A stretch of 62,041 nt of DNA, the filler included, from Jimgerdemannia flammicorona (taxonomy: Eukaryota), in NCBI GenBank assembly GCA_003990765.1. It is 3 parts of 3 records of this genome, joined end to end, with 100 filler letters (N's around TTAATTAATTAA, not from the genome) between each part and the next. Parts side by side here need not be neighbours in the genome. Positions count along the whole stretch, not along the records: positions 20,719 to 41,333 come from RBNJ01001634.1; positions 41,434 to 62,041 come from RBNJ01001635.1; 1 more part is not named here. The stretch is one strand, 5' to 3'. This document shows positions 36,587-49,216 of this stretch, in pieces. The notes below the pieces were generated by a model, which made no database searches, was not told the origin of the DNA, and worked only from the letters and a program-made list of their open reading frames with translations. The position numbers and the translations under genes were made by a program. Every line of letters starts with the position of its first letter. Positions within the stretch are counted from its first letter, which is position 1.

Positions 36587-37326
36587 ATTGTGTTTTGTGG
36601 TGTGAAGGGATGTTTGCTGATGAGTTTTGGAATGCGAGAAGGGGAATTTTATATATAATTATGATTTTCATTGATAAACATGTGAGGTGTTTCCACCAAG
36701 ATCATCATATAAAATCAACCTGAACTTGACCTGTAACCTGTAACATGCCCAACCTAGAGGAGCCCAATATAGAGGACCTACTCATGAAGTGATTTCAGCA
36801 TCTTGTTGGTAACAATCTCATCAGTGCAAATCTCATTGTGGGAATCTTGCTGGGAGAACTTGGCTGTTAATCTTGAAGAGATCTTAGTCGAGAGTATGAA
36901 TCTCACTGGGGCATTTGCGATATAGTGTACAAAGTGGCCATCCAAGTGATTTGAGTAGTTTTTATTATAGAGTGTGGGCTTCCTCAGCTTTGGCAATCTC
37001 AGCATGGGAAAGAGTATATTGGTTGGGAAAGAGTGTGATGGCCAAGTTGCAAACCAAGACAATTAATTTAGAGCTTTATGACAGATTTATTCACATTCAC
37101 TCATTCACATTTTTGCATTTATGTATTACATTTACACATTTATGCATTACATTTACATATTTATGCATTATATTTACATTCACAAATTCACATATATGCA
37201 CAGAAATATCAGATAACTAATAGAATTTTGGCAGGCTGTATGGATGTATTTGGACATATGTGGACTACTAGTATAGCTGTCTGCAGGTAACATGATATGC
37301 AGTATGGACCTAATAGTCATTGATGC

Positions 37327-39026
37327 CTACCAATCTGACTTTTCATCTTCATCCATTGGGATATCCAGGTCCATGCTAATTTCCTTAGTCCTCTGTACCT
37401 CAGACAAAACCATTGTATAGAAGTCTTGAAGATTCAACTGGCCAGCATCAATATGTTTTTCAATCTGTTTTTCATAGTTTTGATAAATTTTGCCATAGTT
37501 CACAGAAAGGAAGCTCTCCTTAATATCTTTGCAAATATGATAAAGCTAATACAAAAAATATATATATATGTCTGATGAGTTTATAAATATTCAAAGATAA
37601 AAATAACTAAAGAAAACAAAACTGGACATACTAGAGTACAGACAAATGCAATCTGAGGGATTGTAAACTTATCTACAAGAATCTTATTCCACTCAGTATA
37701 ATCTTCCAGAAATAGCACACGGAGGGTGTTTCGAATATATGGCCCAGTGAATGGATTCTTTGGCTCCTGGATGAATACTGGTTTACTCTGATCATCCTTT
37801 ATAATGTCTCCATTGACATTATAGTCAAAAACAGGTAGCTCCCAGATGAACTGGTCATTGATCCAGAGATCAGCTAAAGCCTTTGAACATGATTCCTTAA
37901 CCTCGGAATCACTAATAGATCCAGTAGAGTCAAACTTGCAGTCAACAAAAATACATGCTAGATAATTTTGGACATGTTCTTTGGACTTCCCATGGGTCTG
38001 AGAATGTTCATGATCATACTGTAAATTTAAAGTATTTTTAATAGACTGAAATATCTTTAGATAGGATTAGGCTAACTCAGATATGATATTTACTTTGGAA
38101 ATGAGATCCTTAACATCATTAACATGAGGATATTTTTGGATTACCAAATCTACCATCTGTGTTTATTCCTCACATGAAGGAAAGGCATCAACAAAGAGGG
38201 TAAAGTATTGAATATCCAGGATAGCACATTTAAGCTGCTTGGGGCTCATTCCATGCTTCTGACAGATATTATGGTTGACCTCGGCATCTGTTCTTCAAGA
38301 TTTCCTATATGGAGAGTTCCTGTGTAAATTTATACTAAATATCAAAAAATTATAATTATTAATATTTCAGCATCATCACACCTAGTGGTGCAGATTATAG
38401 ACACGTGCAACTCCATAGAAATATTAAGAAAATTACAAAACATACCCAATTTTTTTTTCGAATATACTGACATGAAGAGGAACAGGATCTAATTCTTCTG
38501 CATCATTATCCTCATCCTAAAATTCTGTATCTTGAGCTGTGCAATCCTGAGCTTCCTCATCTTGAACATCTTGCTGTCTATAGTTATCTTCACTACTTTC
38601 AATAATATTTTGAGCAGGTTGTTGGATTCCAAGGTCATCTTCATCACTATCAATGATTTGGTGAGAAGGTCTGGTGGTCTTCTGGTACTTGAACTGTGGC
38701 TCAATTTCTTCTTGCTGTCCAGAGCTATCCTTGTTATTCTCAATGGTTTGGTGAGAAGATCCAGTAGTATTTTGGTGCTTTTGCTTAATAGTTTGTTGCT
38801 GGTGAGATCTAGTGATCTTTTGGCTGGTAATTGTGCTGATCTTTGGCTGGATGACCTTTGGGCTGTTGACCTTTGGATTACTCTTTGGCTCAACAGTATA
38901 TTCATCTCTATCAGCAAGATGCTTAGTATTTTCTTTTCTACAAGCAGTCTTGCATAATCCCTGAATCTTATTGAAAATCTTTTGATCGTCTGATTTGAGA
39001 TCCTTTACATTCTTGCATTGGCCCAT
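37327..39026 (-). pseudogene. Multi-exon transposon accessory gene (DUF6532-like), divergent from the transposase
   Basis: Low-complexity Q/D/E N-terminal exon, then YFTLFVDAFPS.., PFTGPYIRNTLRVLFL.., FTIPQIAFVCTL|LYHICK..DW*. Short GT-AG introns and some stops. Family assigned by motif resemblance only. Confidence 0.55.
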
Positions 39027-39084
39027 CTTGTGCAGTCCCTGAACCTTGTTGGATCATCCAATTAGGGGTGTTGGCTCACTTTTT

Positions 39085-40145
39085 CAGTATGTTGAGTGTG
39101 GTATGCAGAAAAGAGAAGTTACTAAATGTCCAATGTGTGGAGTGGCATGCAGTGTACAGTATCTGATATATAGTATATGGGTGTGGTATTGTGGCATACA
39201 GTATGCAGAAATGAGAAGCTGCTCACCTTCCAATATGTGTAGCATGTGGTGTGCAGTGTGCAGTGTATAGAAAAGATGAACTGCTTATGTCTTATGTATG
39301 CAGTGTGGGGTGCAGGGTATGGCATGTGGTGTATAGTATGCAGTGTGTAAGAATTATGTTTTGTGTCATGCAGAAAAGAGAAGCTGCAAAGTTGCAAGGT
39401 AGGTAGGTGGTTATAAGATACATCATTTATGAAAGCTGCCATGAAATGTGAGCTTAAGAAATAAAATTGATCTCCATCATCACACATAGGTGAGAAAATA
39501 AGCTCCATCATTTAACCATAAAAAATACAAGTAAGCTAAATGATGCAATTACCACCACAGGTCATCAGATATGAGCAGCTCCATGCTGCATACCAAACTC
39601 ATTGGACATAAGCTCAGACCACATGCCACACACATCAGACTTTTGCTTTTGTATACTACACTCATCGAACATAAGCCTGCACACAACACACAACCACACT
39701 CATCAGATATAAGCAGCTCCTCTTTTCTGCATGCCATACACCACATACATTGGACATTCATTTCTGTATACCACACTCATATAAGCAGCTCTCCTTTTCT
39801 GCATGCCACATACTGCACACCACACACATTGAACATGAGCAGCTCCTCTTTTCTATACATCATATACATCAGACATTCATTTCTGTATACTGTACACCAC
39901 ACTCATCAGACGTAAGCAGCTCCTCTTTTCTGCACACCATATGCCACACACCGCACACCATACACATCGAACGTGAGCAGCTCCTCTTTTCTGACATATA
40001 TTGGACGTGAGCAGCCCCTTTTTTCTGCACATATATCACATACATTGGATGTGAACAGCTCCTTTTTTCTGCACACCACATATTACACACATTGGATGTG
40101 AGCAGCTCCTCTTTTCTAGCTCCTCTACGAGTAGCTTCTCTTTTT
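39085..40145. repeat. Minisatellite arrays in opposite orientations between the two divergent transposon genes
   Basis: gcagaaaagagaagctgc-type units at 39085-39390. Reverse-complement units tgagcagctcctcttttctgc at 39570-40145. Confidence 0.8.
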
Positions 40146-40180
40146 TGCCACATTCTATATACCATACTGCACGAACAACT

Positions 40181-40363
40181 ATGACTCATCACAAGTCTGG
40201 AAACAGACTTGAATGTCATATTTGCCACAGAGTATTCAAATCGGCCTCAGGGCTGACCCAGCACAACAATAGCCAATATCGCCACATCTCCAGAAGTCCA
40301 AGTTCTCTTCTGATTGATGACAGTATAAATCTCAAAACATTACAGGTGAATTCTGCTTCTACA

Positions 40364-40410
<47 letters not shown>

Positions 40411-41333
40411 AATTGGAGTACCTCCAGATGTTATAAACCTCTTGCCACAATTACCAATTGATGGCAGTGAAATTCCTGCTGCAACTGCTGCAATTGGTGA
40501 TTCTGAACACAATTTCAAGCATGATTCCAAGCACAATTATGAGCATGATTCTGATTCTGAACACGGTTCCAAGCATGATTTCGAGCATGATTCCGAGCAC
40601 AATTCCAAGCACAATTCCGAGTACGATTCTGAGCACAATGAGCACAATTCTGAGTATGATTCTGAGTATGATTCTGAGTATAATTCTGAGTATAATTCTG
40701 AGCATGATTCCAAGTATGACTCCGATGGTGATGCAAGCTCTGAGATAGAATCTGTAGATATTGACCAAGGATTTGTGAGTCTCCCAGATCTGATAGTACA
40801 TGGTGACATTTTACCACATCATCAGGCTGGCTACATATATCAAACAGAAGGTTCTGCATCTCCAGTTTTCGAAATTCAGAAAACTCGACATGAACAGGAT
40901 GGACATCCATATCATCCCTGGTTGAATGAAGATGAGCTCTGGCTTACCGACTTTTTGTTTTCAAAGTCCAAAATGTCGATGAAAGCTGCTGACTATTTAC
41001 TGGATGGATTTAAATACCAGAGAATAGTAATGTCTGGTCTATCTTTTAATACAAGTAGACAGATGTTAGAGCGCATTTATCAAGCACTATTTATTCAGGT
41101 AGAGTGATTGATAGTTATTGAAGTATATTTGTTAATTGTATATTATAATTATTGAGTATTAATTACTATAATTACATTTTAATCTGTTTTAGAAATTCTC
41201 TCATATAGTTATTACTGTAAAACATAATTCCGAGTCTTGGAGTGGAGACTATATTTTATGGTATCAAAATCCTCTGAATATTATCCAGAGCCTCTTCAGC
41301 AATCCTATATTCAAAGAACAAATGGTATATACT
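40181..41333 (+). CDS. Plavaka-family transposase, 5' part (exons 40181-41098 and 41193 to the gap)
   Basis: N-terminal C2H2-like finger CHICHRVFKSASGLTQH, poly-Ala and acidic 12-nt repeats. Then PYHPWLNEDELWLTDFLF..MS..AADYLL..SFNTSRQML, an intron (41099-41192), and LWYQNPLNIIQSLFSNPIFKEQMVY, all typical of Plavaka transposases. Confidence 0.8.
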
Positions 41334-41433
41334 NNNNNNNNNNNNNNNNNNNNNNNNNNNNNNNNNNNNNNNNNNNNTTAATTAATTAANNNNNNNNNNN
41401 NNNNNNNNNNNNNNNNNNNNNNNNNNNNNNNNN
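41334..41433. other. Assembly gap with artificial TTAATTAATTAA linker
   Basis: 100-nt N run with the linker at 41378-41389. Confidence 0.95.
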
Positions 41434-41987
41434 CCCTAACCAATCCCTCTAGGCCCCCCCCCCTACCCCTACCCGATGAAGGGCCACTTTGTCCAACACT
41501 ATCTCCACCCTTCCACCACTCTGTTCACAGATCCTTGCTACCAAGCCATGATGTTGCCCCCTCTGAGGGCCCCAACCCACCCACCATCCAGTCAGCAGAT
41601 CTCTCAACAACTCCTCCCACCATAATACCTTCTTCTGTAGTCTCATCTGCCTCCTCTCCTCAAATACAAAAAGCCAATGTCTAGCTAGGCCCACCCATAC
41701 TGCTAATACCCACCCTACAGTGAGCCAACTATCACCTACACCACCCACTAGCCAAGATCTCAAGTCTTCCCAGCGACCACCCTCACCTGCCAGCCTCTAC
41801 TCCACACCCAGCCTATTCTCTATTTCTATCCAAAAGTCCCCCAAAACCTCACACTCTCCCAACCAGTGTTCTGGTGTCTGTATAAGTCCCCCAGCTTGCC
41901 CAACATTGTAATACTCCTCACAATCTAAATGGCCACCATCTACCAGATGCCTAGTACAGTAATTCAACATGACATTCCTCTACAGCA
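41434..41987 (-). mobile_element. LINE ORF2 C-terminal fragment
   Basis: RNVMLNYC..DCEE..QTPEHWLGECEV..GWVLAVWVGLARHWLFVFE; homologous to 42076-42630. Confidence 0.85.
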
Positions 41988-44900
41988 TTTTTTTTTTTTT
42001 TTTTTTTTTTTTTATAGTCCCTTGGACTCCATCTTTATTACCAGTCTATGAATAAGTATACAATATCACCACCCACTAACCGATCCCCATCGGGGGGCCC
42101 CACCCCACCTCTTCACGTATAAAGACCACCCTCTCACCAATAACTCCAACTCTCCCACCACTCTGATCACAGATTTTCACCACCAAGCGGTGCCTCTGCC
42201 CCCCCTGCAGCCCCCAACCAAGCCACCAGCCTGTCAAGGTATCCTCCATAAGGAACTGCCACCTTGCTAACTGGCACCCCAAGCTCTGTTGCTCCTCCTC
42301 CTCAAATACAAATAGCCAGTAGCCAGCCAGCCCAACCCAAATAGCCAACACCCAGCCTAGCGTAATCCACTCTTCCCCTACCCCTCCTATCAATCGATCC
42401 CTCAGGTCCTCCCACCTCCCCTGTACATCATCACCCCTACGCCTTACCCCCAATCGGTCCCCAATGGCCTGCCAAAAGTCTCTCAACACCTCACACTCCC
42501 TTAGCCAATGTTCTGGCATCTGTACCTATCCGCCTTCCTGCCCTACATTATGGCACTCCTCACAGTCAAAGCAGCCCCTGACAACAAGATGTCCTGAGCA
42601 GAAGTTAAGCATCACATTCCTCCTCAGTACACACCACCAGACTATCCAGTACTTTGGCGGCATCCAATTCTTCACTGCGGCACTCCAGGTCCAAACCCCA
42701 TGCCAGTCCCACTCCTCACCAATTCCAACTCCTTGCCAACCACTAGGCCACAGATCCTGGCCTGGTCCCCTTTGGTATTTGATGCCATCATGAATGTTGA
42801 ACTCCAGTAAAGGCATGCCTCCCAGAAGAATGCTATTCCATCTCCACATCACCGAGCCCCAAGCCCTCTCCCCCTCATCCCCTCGCCAGCGAATACCAAT
42901 GCGGTATGCCCCCTCAGCTATACCCCACCAGAAGCCTTTATATCTCAGTTGCGCAGTGTTCTGAAGCCCAACTAATGAAAGAAGATCACCAGTCAAGCCT
43001 CTAGATGATGTCCTCCTCTCCCATATCTTCTGCAGCAAGAGGACCCAGCCCCCTCCATGCAACTCCACCGCCCTCCTCAGCCACCAAGCCCGCAAGCAGT
43101 GTAGTCTTTTGGGGAAGTCCACCAGCCCAAGACCACCTCTTGCCACCAGTAGGGACAGAGTCTCCCAACCAATCTGACTCCGTCTGCCAGCCCAAATCCA
43201 TCCCTTGGCCACCTTCACCAATCTCTTCACCATCCAGGCTGGGAAGTCCAGATGATAGGCCAAATACCACAGCTTCGGCAGCCAGTAAACATTCAAAATC
43301 GAGATCCTTCCTGCCAGAGAGAAGTGTCTACCCCCCCAACCCCGCAGGTCCTCCTCCCAAATTCCAATCCTCTGCTCCCACCACAGCCTGAGCAAAACAG
43401 CCCCATAGACTGACAAATAGATGCCCAAGTACCGCACTGCCTCTCCAGTGGGGACAATTGTTCCAATAACTTCTCCACCCACCAAGCCATTGCCCAGCAC
43501 CATTGTTTCACACTTGTGCCAATTCAGCTTTGCCCCAGAGTTCGCCTCATACCACTCCACTGTCTTCTGTAGCTCCTCGACATCCGCAGTCACTCCCAAA
43601 CCAACTACCATGTCGTCTGCAAAGGCTCCAACCTTCCAGCCAACTCCATAGATAGAGAGCCCCACAATCCTCTGCCAAATCCTATCCATGAGAGGTTCCA
43701 AGGAAAGGGCATACAAAATGGGGGACAGTGGGTCCCCCTGGGGCACTCCCCTACCCAGAGGGAAAGCCACCCCTCAATGCCCATTGCACACGAGTGCAGC
43801 CCTACTCCTTTCCAGTAGGCTGACCATTGCCGACCGAAATGGGGCCGGAACTCCAATTCTATCTAATACTTTCGCCAGCCAGACTTGCTGCACCCGGTCA
43901 TAAGCCTTCTCCTGATCCAAGAAGACAAGATGCCCATCTAGTCCATAGGCTTGAGCATCTTCAATAACTCCATGTACCCAGGCCATGCCATCTCTAATGA
44001 GCCGACCCCCTATGAAGCCCCTCTGTTCAACACCCACAATTTGCTGGGCCACCTTCTGTAGCCTTGCGACCACCACCTTAGTCACCAACTTCCTGTCCAT
44101 ATCTAGCAACATTATCAGCCGCCAGTTCTTCCAATCCTCTCACCTTCCCTTGTTCTTATAAAGCAGCATCACCAGCCCAAGGTCTTGCTCCCCCACCCAT
44201 CTCCCTGACTGTAATATAGAGTCACACAGTGCTGTCAACTCCCCCAATATGCCTGGGACCCCAACCATTCGCTTCCAGAAATCCCAGGGGAGGCCATCCT
44301 CCCCAGGTGCCATACCCGAGGCTGTCGCAGCAAGAACCTGGTGGATCTCATCCTCCTTTACAGGCATCACCAGGTCACCTAGTCCTTTAGCTTGTGGTGG
44401 GTGCCAATCTTCTAATGTTTGGTCAATGGCTGTAGCATCCGCCCCACCCTCCTCCTCACTCCACAATCCACTCCATTGCGCCTTCAGCATTCCAAGGATG
44501 TCCTGTACACCATGCACTAGTACATCATCCGAGTCAAGTACCCCTTCCCACCGCTGCTGTACCCTTCTTGCTCAAAGTGTCCTTGTGAGAAACTTGGAAG
44601 GCCTCTCCCCTTCCTCCACCCCCTGCCAACAGCCGTGCCACCAGGCCTTGCACCCTTGACTCTTCCTCTTCCCACAGCACCTGTTGCAGTTCCCCAACCT
44701 CCATCCTCACCCTCATTATTCTCCAATCTTCTTCTCCCTCCACTGCAGCCAGTCTCGCCCACTCCTCCAGGAGCCTAGCCAATCTAGTAGAAGCCCAATG
44801 CACTTTCTGCCTTCGCTGCTTCCCAGCCACTCTGCCAACCTCGCTCCAATACATCCTGGCCATCTCTTTCAACCTCATCCACCGAACCCCAATTGCGGCC

Positions 44901-47880
44901 CCTTCCTGCCGCCAATTCGCCACCTTCAGCTGAATGTCATTCGCCCACTCCTCCCACCGGACCTCATCACCCAACAAGGAGGAATTCAGGCACCAATATC
45001 CAGGCCCATCTCTACTTCCCCCAAAACACCCCTGTCCTAAGAGGCCCCAGTGATCTGACCATGGACACCATTCTATCTCTATCACCTTCCAGACATCGTG
45101 GCCCCAACAGTCGGCCATCAGAATCCAGTCAATCCTTGTCCCCAGACCTCCAGCCCAATGCGTATATACCCTCCTGTCCCCCCAGTGCTCCCTACCTGCA
45201 TCCACCAGTGCTCCTAGCCTTTCAACCTCCTCCCACGTCGCTAACCCCCCACTCCTGCTCTCCGCACCCCATCCTCCATCAGTTCTATCCAGCCGTACAT
45301 CTCAAACCATATTGAAATCTCCTCCAAGCATATCCAACCCAGCTTCAGCAAGGATCCCACTCTCCAGGAGCCCTTTCACCCAATCCACATGCTTCCCCCG
45401 CACCGCAGGGCAGTAACAGGAGCCAACTGTGACCGGCTCCCAACCTGCTCGAATCCACTCACCCCAGACCAGTCTCTCCCCCCAGCTCCTCACATCCTTT
45501 ATCTCCCCTCTGCCTTTCCGAACCAGAATCCCAACCTTGCTGTTCCAAATCGCCATACCACCCCATTCCTTAGTCTATTCCATCCTATCAGCATCATCCT
45601 CGCACCTGACATCCTGCAAGAGGAAGAGATCGGCCTCCAATCCCTTCAACCAAAGAAAAATGTTCCTGCATCTAACTGTACCCCTTAGCCCATTCATGTT
45701 CAAAGAAAAAATATTGGTTGTACTGTTCATAATAAAATATGGTTTGTTCTCAATCAATCTCTACTGCTCCATGCCCCTCTCCTCCTGTGCTGTGTCCAGA
45801 TTATGTTCAGCCATCACCTCCTCCTCTTCAGCCCTCTGCGCCTCCAGTCCAGCCAACAGCTCATTCATCTCCTCATCAGCCTTCTCCTCAAACTCCTCTC
45901 GGTACTCAATGCAAGCCTCCTGCCAAAGCTGCAACCCATAACACCTGTTCCAACAGTACTCAGCCTTCTCCCCAGTGACCACCACCAACTCCACCTCCCT
46001 CTCCTTATCCACCTCATTCCCTTCCTCCTCCAGATACACCGCGAGAATTTCCGCCTTCAGCGCCATCGCCACTCCTTCCCCCTGCAAAATTCTCGTCCAG
46101 TGCTCGTCACCCATCCCACGCAAGTCCACCTCCCCCAGCTCTTCTGCTGCCAGGTTATTCATCATCTGGCACATCCAAAGTAGGTTCCCCACCTCCTTTC
46201 CACCAGGGGTTGCCAGCCTCCCTCCATCCAGCATCATGGTGTCCGCTCCTGCACTCGCATCCTCATCCCACACCTCTGGGACATCCACCAGTTCCTCCTC
46301 CCCTGCTGCCACTACTCGGTCCCCATCCAACACCTCCGGAATGCTGAATTTCACCTTCTGGGTTCCCAGCATCATCACATCCTCCCCAGGCTTGTTCCTG
46401 GAAGCCGGGCCCCGCCTGATTAGAGGGGAAGGGGTGGGGGAGTTCTCTCAGCCATCATCCCAAATCTCCAAGGTGCCGTCAGTATATAGGTCTCTAATCT
46501 CCACCTCCTTAGCCTTCCCTGACCCTGCCCCTTCGTTCCCACTCCTCTCACCAGCCCAGACACTCGCTTCGGCCCCTTCTGTGCCCATCTTCATGCTCGC
46601 AACCTTCTGTTGTCTGCCCCCCAGCTTGGCCAGCAAATCCTTCTGCCTCTTCCGCCCCTGAGCCCTTTCCCACTGCACCTTGTCCACTCGAATCCTCTTT
46701 CCATCCACCACCTCCAAGAGCGTTGACTCCTCAAAAGTCTTCCAGGCCTTAGCTCGCCATTCCACAGCCCCATCCAGCTCCTCCAGCGCTTCCAATAAAT
46801 CTTCCTCCTCTTCTTTACTTCCTTTCACCCGCATCACCTTGCACAGGAAAGCCCCCCAGACCAACACTGAAGGCCAGTCCCTTGTCTTCCCGGTAGCCAC
46901 TTTCCCAGCCAGCTGAATCCTCACATCCACATCCCCAGTCCTGAGCATGGTCCCTTCCCAGACCCTGAATCCGATATCCACCACCTCTCTATACTCCACC
47001 ATGACATCCTCTACTCTCTTCCTCATCTCCATTGCTGTCACCATGGGTACTCCTTTCACCAGCAGTTGGACCACCCTTGGATCCCATTTCAAACACCTCG
47101 CCATCGGAACATATATCTCCCCAACCACTAACCCAACCTTCAGCGCCTCCTCCAGCGGTTCCACCTCCTCAAATCCCACCTCCACCCCCTCCAGTCCCTT
47201 CAGAAACTTCACCGAAGCCGCTCCGGTCACCTGCTTAGCGATAAGCCCCAACACCATTTTTGCCATCACTGCTAAGCCCCGGAAGCACAGCATGACTGCG
47301 AATGCCGAGATTGACTTCTTGAGTAATGGAGCCACCGCCAGTCCTGTTACACCATCTGCCAGGTCCCCAGGCCTCGTGCCCTTCCCACTGCTCAGCTCAC
47401 CATCAGCAGTCCCATCTAGATTTTTTTCCAGATCACCCATCACACCCCCATCAGCAGTCCCCACCCCAGCTGCTACCCCCCCAGCTCCACTCCTATGGCC
47501 CTCCAGAGAGGCACCCCCAAGAGGTTGCTGCCTGGAAGCCGCCACCAGTACCTTCCCCCCTCTCAGCCAGCTCTCCAGTCCAGCTCCCTGCCAACCCCCC
47601 TTCACCTTCTCCACAAAGCTCACCCTGCCAGACCCTTGACCTCCAGCTCTGCCCCCTCCTCCACCACGGCCCCCTGCCAGCAGGCCCCTCATACTTCCCC
47701 CCAAGTCGGGGCCTCTTCCCACTTGCTGCCATTCAAATGCTCCAGGGTCACCCTGCCCAGTACGTACCTTCGGATACTCATTGGTTACCATGATACTAGT
47801 AGCTTTTCTCCAGAAACTGTGTCGAAAGTGTTGCCAAAGGGTTGTGTAACCTGAATGTTACCAGAGAAAGATGCCTATGA
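41988..47880 (-). mobile_element. Near full-length L1/Tx1-clade LINE (ORF1 47791-45761; ORF2 45757-42076: APE-RT-C-terminal Cys/His region) with poly(A)
   Basis: APE: SLNMNGL, LLQD, GGDFN, RIDW, SDH. RT: APGEDGLP, FLDQEKAYDRV, GVPQGDPLSP, FADD, YLGI, GGLGL. Poly(T) at 41988-42013. ORF1 has one in-frame TGA at 46448; ORF2 has a few stops and frameshifts. Confidence 0.92.
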
Positions 47881-49216
47881 CTTTGATGGACACCTCAGCT
47901 GTCTCTACCTCTTCCATCTGACTCTTGGCCATCTCTATCCTTTCTTCTTCCTCCACTTTCAAGCTCTGGAGGACTGTCTGTAAGTGCTCCCAGTTCGCCC
48001 TCCACCACTTCTTCCTCCTCCCATCCATCGGAATCCAGATCCAATCCTTGGCAAACTCCTCCCATCTCCTCTTCCACACTTCCTTCGCAGCCTCCCTCTC
48101 CTCTAGGGCAATCAGCAGTTCCTCCTCCTCCTGTTCCGAGCCCTTCCTTCTCCACACTTTGCACTCCTGTCCTTCGACACGAATCACCTCTGACCAGTCC
48201 CTCCCTAGCCCTGTAGCCTCCTTGCCTTCCAGCCTCACCATTACCTCACAGTTGCTATTCCTCAGCTTGGTCCCCTCCCAGAATATGAACCCAAAGTTGA
48301 CCATCTCACCAAAGCCCCCCAGCACCTCCACTACAATCCCTTAAGTCTCCTGTCTTCTCAATGTCAGCAGCCCCTCAATCACCAGGTGTACGGTATATAG
48401 ATTCCACCTCAGGCACCTCACCATACCCACCTTGATATTCTTGATGACCAGCCCTTTCTTCAAGGCTTTCACCATATCCTCCTCCTCCACAAATCCTATC
48501 TCTATCATCTCTACCAATGGGATGAACTTCAGCGACTCTGCCCCAGCAACCTCCTCTTCCACTAGCTGCAAGACCTCCCTAGCAGACATTTCCAGCCCCA
48601 GGAAATTTCCCAAGATAGCCCATGTTGACACCAACTTGTGAAAGAAGAGGTGCACCACTAGTTCACCAGAGCCTGCTGCTATCATAGCCTTCTTCTTATT
48701 CTCAGATACTCCAGCAGTCACCCCAGTCACAGGCCCAGTCCCAGGAATACCAGTCTCAGCTACACCACTTCTGGACCCCTGACCCCTGGCAGACACCTGA
48801 CCAGTCACCTGACCAGTCACCTGGCTGGTCACCTGACTTCTATCCCTGTCAACACTACATCTCCCCTGCCCTACTCCCATGGGCCTAGTAGCTGCCCTTC
48901 TGCCCCACATCACTGTGTGCTAATTTCAATACCAGCCTACCTTGCTTGACCACCCACTCCTCCTGCTCCAGCACCAGTCCCAGCTGCTGCTGCAAAACTC
49001 TTGGGGAGGCCCAGGCCAGGCCTCCTTCTCTCCAAGCACTCCGAGCTTGATGAATCCTGGGTTGCCATTTGATAAAACTCATTGTAGACTATTACTAGAC
49101 TCCTGCTGCACCTTATATACCAATATAAATGAAGTGAAAACTTGAAAATGTGTTGCTTTTCATGAAAAGATGTCTGTGTGACTTAGCTTGCTCTGAATGG
49201 TTTGAGCAAAAGAAGT
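47881..49216 (-). mobile_element. 5' end and ORF1 portion of a second LINE subfamily
   Basis: Homologous to 56231-57610 on the opposite strand, including the shared 5' terminus acttcttttgctcaaaccatt. Confidence 0.85.

Larger units (their letters stand above)
33178..41333. mobile_element. Plavaka/CACTA-like DNA transposon with cargo; right part lost in the gap
   Basis: CACTACA at 33178 followed by short tandem subterminal-like repeats (33299-33345). Plavaka-type transposase at 40181 onward, a divergent accessory gene, several minisatellites and captured host exons. The left boundary is inferred. Confidence 0.6.

Noticed and set aside
44249..48344. Numerous Ser/Pro-rich plus-strand ORFs
   Set aside because: Antisense shadows of the G-rich LINE ORFs.
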